Positions 62,044 to 64,000 of a DNA stretch of 64,000 nucleotides are shown here, piece by piece. The notes under the pieces are model-generated. The model searched no databases and was not told the DNA's origin. It was given only the letters and a program-made list of their open reading frames with translations. The first letter of the stretch is position 1, and each line of letters begins with the position of its first letter. A program made the position numbers and the translations under genes. The DNA is from Chara braunii (lineage: Eukaryota; Plantae; Charophyceae), in NCBI GenBank assembly GCA_003427395.1, contig BFEA01000044.1, forward strand, positions 3,450,967 to 3,514,966, read 5' to 3'.

Positions 62044-63433
62044 GTATTGTTATTAATTAGGCGAACCAGAATTGCTCTCGTTCTTCATGAATACAGTCAG
62101 GTGTGCAGCAAACAGGAAGCGATTCCACTTGAAGTTCGGAGATATGGTGGCAGAGAACACAGTTCAGATACAAGCTCGTTTCATTAGGCAATGACAAAGT
62201 AAAACCTGACGGCGTCCTGTTCGCACATACAAGATCATTTCGTACTACTTACTACACACACGTACGGGGAGGGAGACTGACCTGCAGACAAGGGTCACGG
62301 ACGAACCACGGACAAACGCAAACCAATCAAAATAAGCACGGGCACGTAGAAATGACAACTCGGATGCGTAGTGGAACAGATACACACGCCATGACTCGCG
62401 ACTATACGGTGGAGCAGGAAGTGATACTGTGCTACATATAAAAACTGTGAACATACACCGATCACGTGTTACGCACAAGCACGGTGAAATTGTGAGACGC
62501 ACACGCGGTAACTCACAGTGTCACACTCGCGGACACAGTGGGATGCACACGGACACTGTAACACTCACATTTACAACGACACAAGTGCCGTGACACACGC
62601 TCTAATACGCAGTCACGCTGAGACAACCAATGGTCACAGTCACGCATAGACAGAGAGGGGCACTCACACGGACGAAGATGAGTGCACACGCTGGTGGTGT
62701 GACACGGTTACAGTAACACCTACACATTCATGGGCACAATGGACACAAGGTGGCATAGTCACGCCGTAACAGTCACGCGTTAATACATATCAAGGGACAA
62801 CGCATGGCCCTGTTGATAAGGATGCTGTGACCTACAGATTCGCTATGGCCGGTACACAGTCACACAGTATGAATGGTCTCGGGGACATAAGGTCGCAGCA
62901 ACACATACTTAGATATACGGGTGCACCGGTGTGGGGAAACCCGGGGAGGGGTCACCTGTTCGTCGCTGAAGCCATGGGCAACAACGCCTGTCACTCGCTG
63001 CGCCCACTTCCGAGGTCCTCAGCGACCAGCAGGGAGATAGAGTTCAGACTGCCTGCCGTGCGCCCACTTTTGTTAATTTGAGTGTTCTCTTACACACTTC
63101 GACAGACAATTATTACTAAGCCAGAACCAAATGAGCATGCATGTCCCGTAAGGCTGATATCTGGGCTCAGCCTTGGGCCACAAGTGAGTGAAGGGCAATT
63201 CAACGAAGTGAAATGCACGGGAGCCCGTCGGCCGATAAGAGCACATTGCGCGAGTAAGAATTAATAATAATTCGTAGTGCATACACTTGGGAATAATTCG
63301 CAGTGCAAACACTTGCCCCTCTTTGACTCAATTAGAGAGTGACCTGCTTTGAACGAAATTTACACAGAGAATGCACTATATGAGTGCCCGCCAATAAACA
63401 GCGAATACCTGATTGCCTATGAGCGGTCGATCT

Positions 63434-63904
63434 GCCAATGATAGAGGAATTTTTGATCTGCCAATGAACATAGACTTCTTGACCAGCCAATCGGAAAAGA
63501 GTCCTTGAACTGCCAATGGACGGAGGCTGCTTGACCAGCCAATCGGGAAAGAGTCCTTGAACTGTCAATGGGTGGAGGCTGCTTGATCAGCCAATGGGAG
63601 AAGAGTCCTTGAACTGCTTATGGACGGAGGCTGCTTGACCAGCCAATTGGGAAAGAGTCCTTGAACTGTCAATGGGTGGAGGCTGCTTGATCAACCAATG
63701 GGAGAAGAGTCCTTGAACTGCTAATGGACGGAAGCTGCTTGACCAGCCAATGGGAGAAGAGTCCTTGAACTGCCAATGGACGGAGGCTGCTTGACCAGCC
63801 AATCGGAGAAGAGTCCTTGAACTGCCAATGGACGGAGGCTGCTTGACCAGCCAATCGGGAAAGAGTCCTTGAACTGTCAATGGGTGGAGACTGCTTGATC
63901 AGCC
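63434..63904. repeat. 52-bp tandem array (8 clear copies plus 1 degenerate)
   Basis: GCCAATCGGAAAAGAGTCCTTGAACTGCCAATGGACGGAGGCTGCTTGACCA at 63486, 63538, 63590 and onward. Confidence 0.92.
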
Positions 63905-64000
63905 TCCTTCTCTCTACACCTTCTCACCTGCTGTGGTTACACATGGAAAGGCCCATGGTATGAGCCATGAGAGCATGCATACCCCATTTGTATAATTCTG

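Overview
Repeat-dominated eukaryotic DNA with microsatellites, GT-AG introns, N gaps and many C>T-type premature stops. Its style suggests a large-genome streptophyte alga such as Chara; this is an inference I cannot verify here. Only one intact host-type gene is evident: an intronless HAD-IIA phosphoglycolate-phosphatase-like CDS (33476-34471). The rest consists of three decayed L1-clade LINEs, a hAT-type MITE with an 8-bp TSD, a gag-only LTR element, a further LTR and several tandem arrays. The main feature is a ~15.5-kb tyrosine-recombinase (DIRS-order, PAT/kangaroo-like) retrotransposon at 12596-28154. It has A1...B1-A2-B2 split direct repeats, RT-RNaseH-methyltransferase on the + strand and the recombinase on the - strand. 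About 1.3 kb upstream of pol it contains a canonical type III hammerhead ribozyme (22629-22683), overlapped by a competing hairpin. The ribozyme sits in ~2.6 kb of hairpin-dense sequence that includes a 9x54-bp hairpin array. The element also carries a spliced gag-like ORF and possible antisense exon remnants. All structures were read by eye; no folding or database searches were run.
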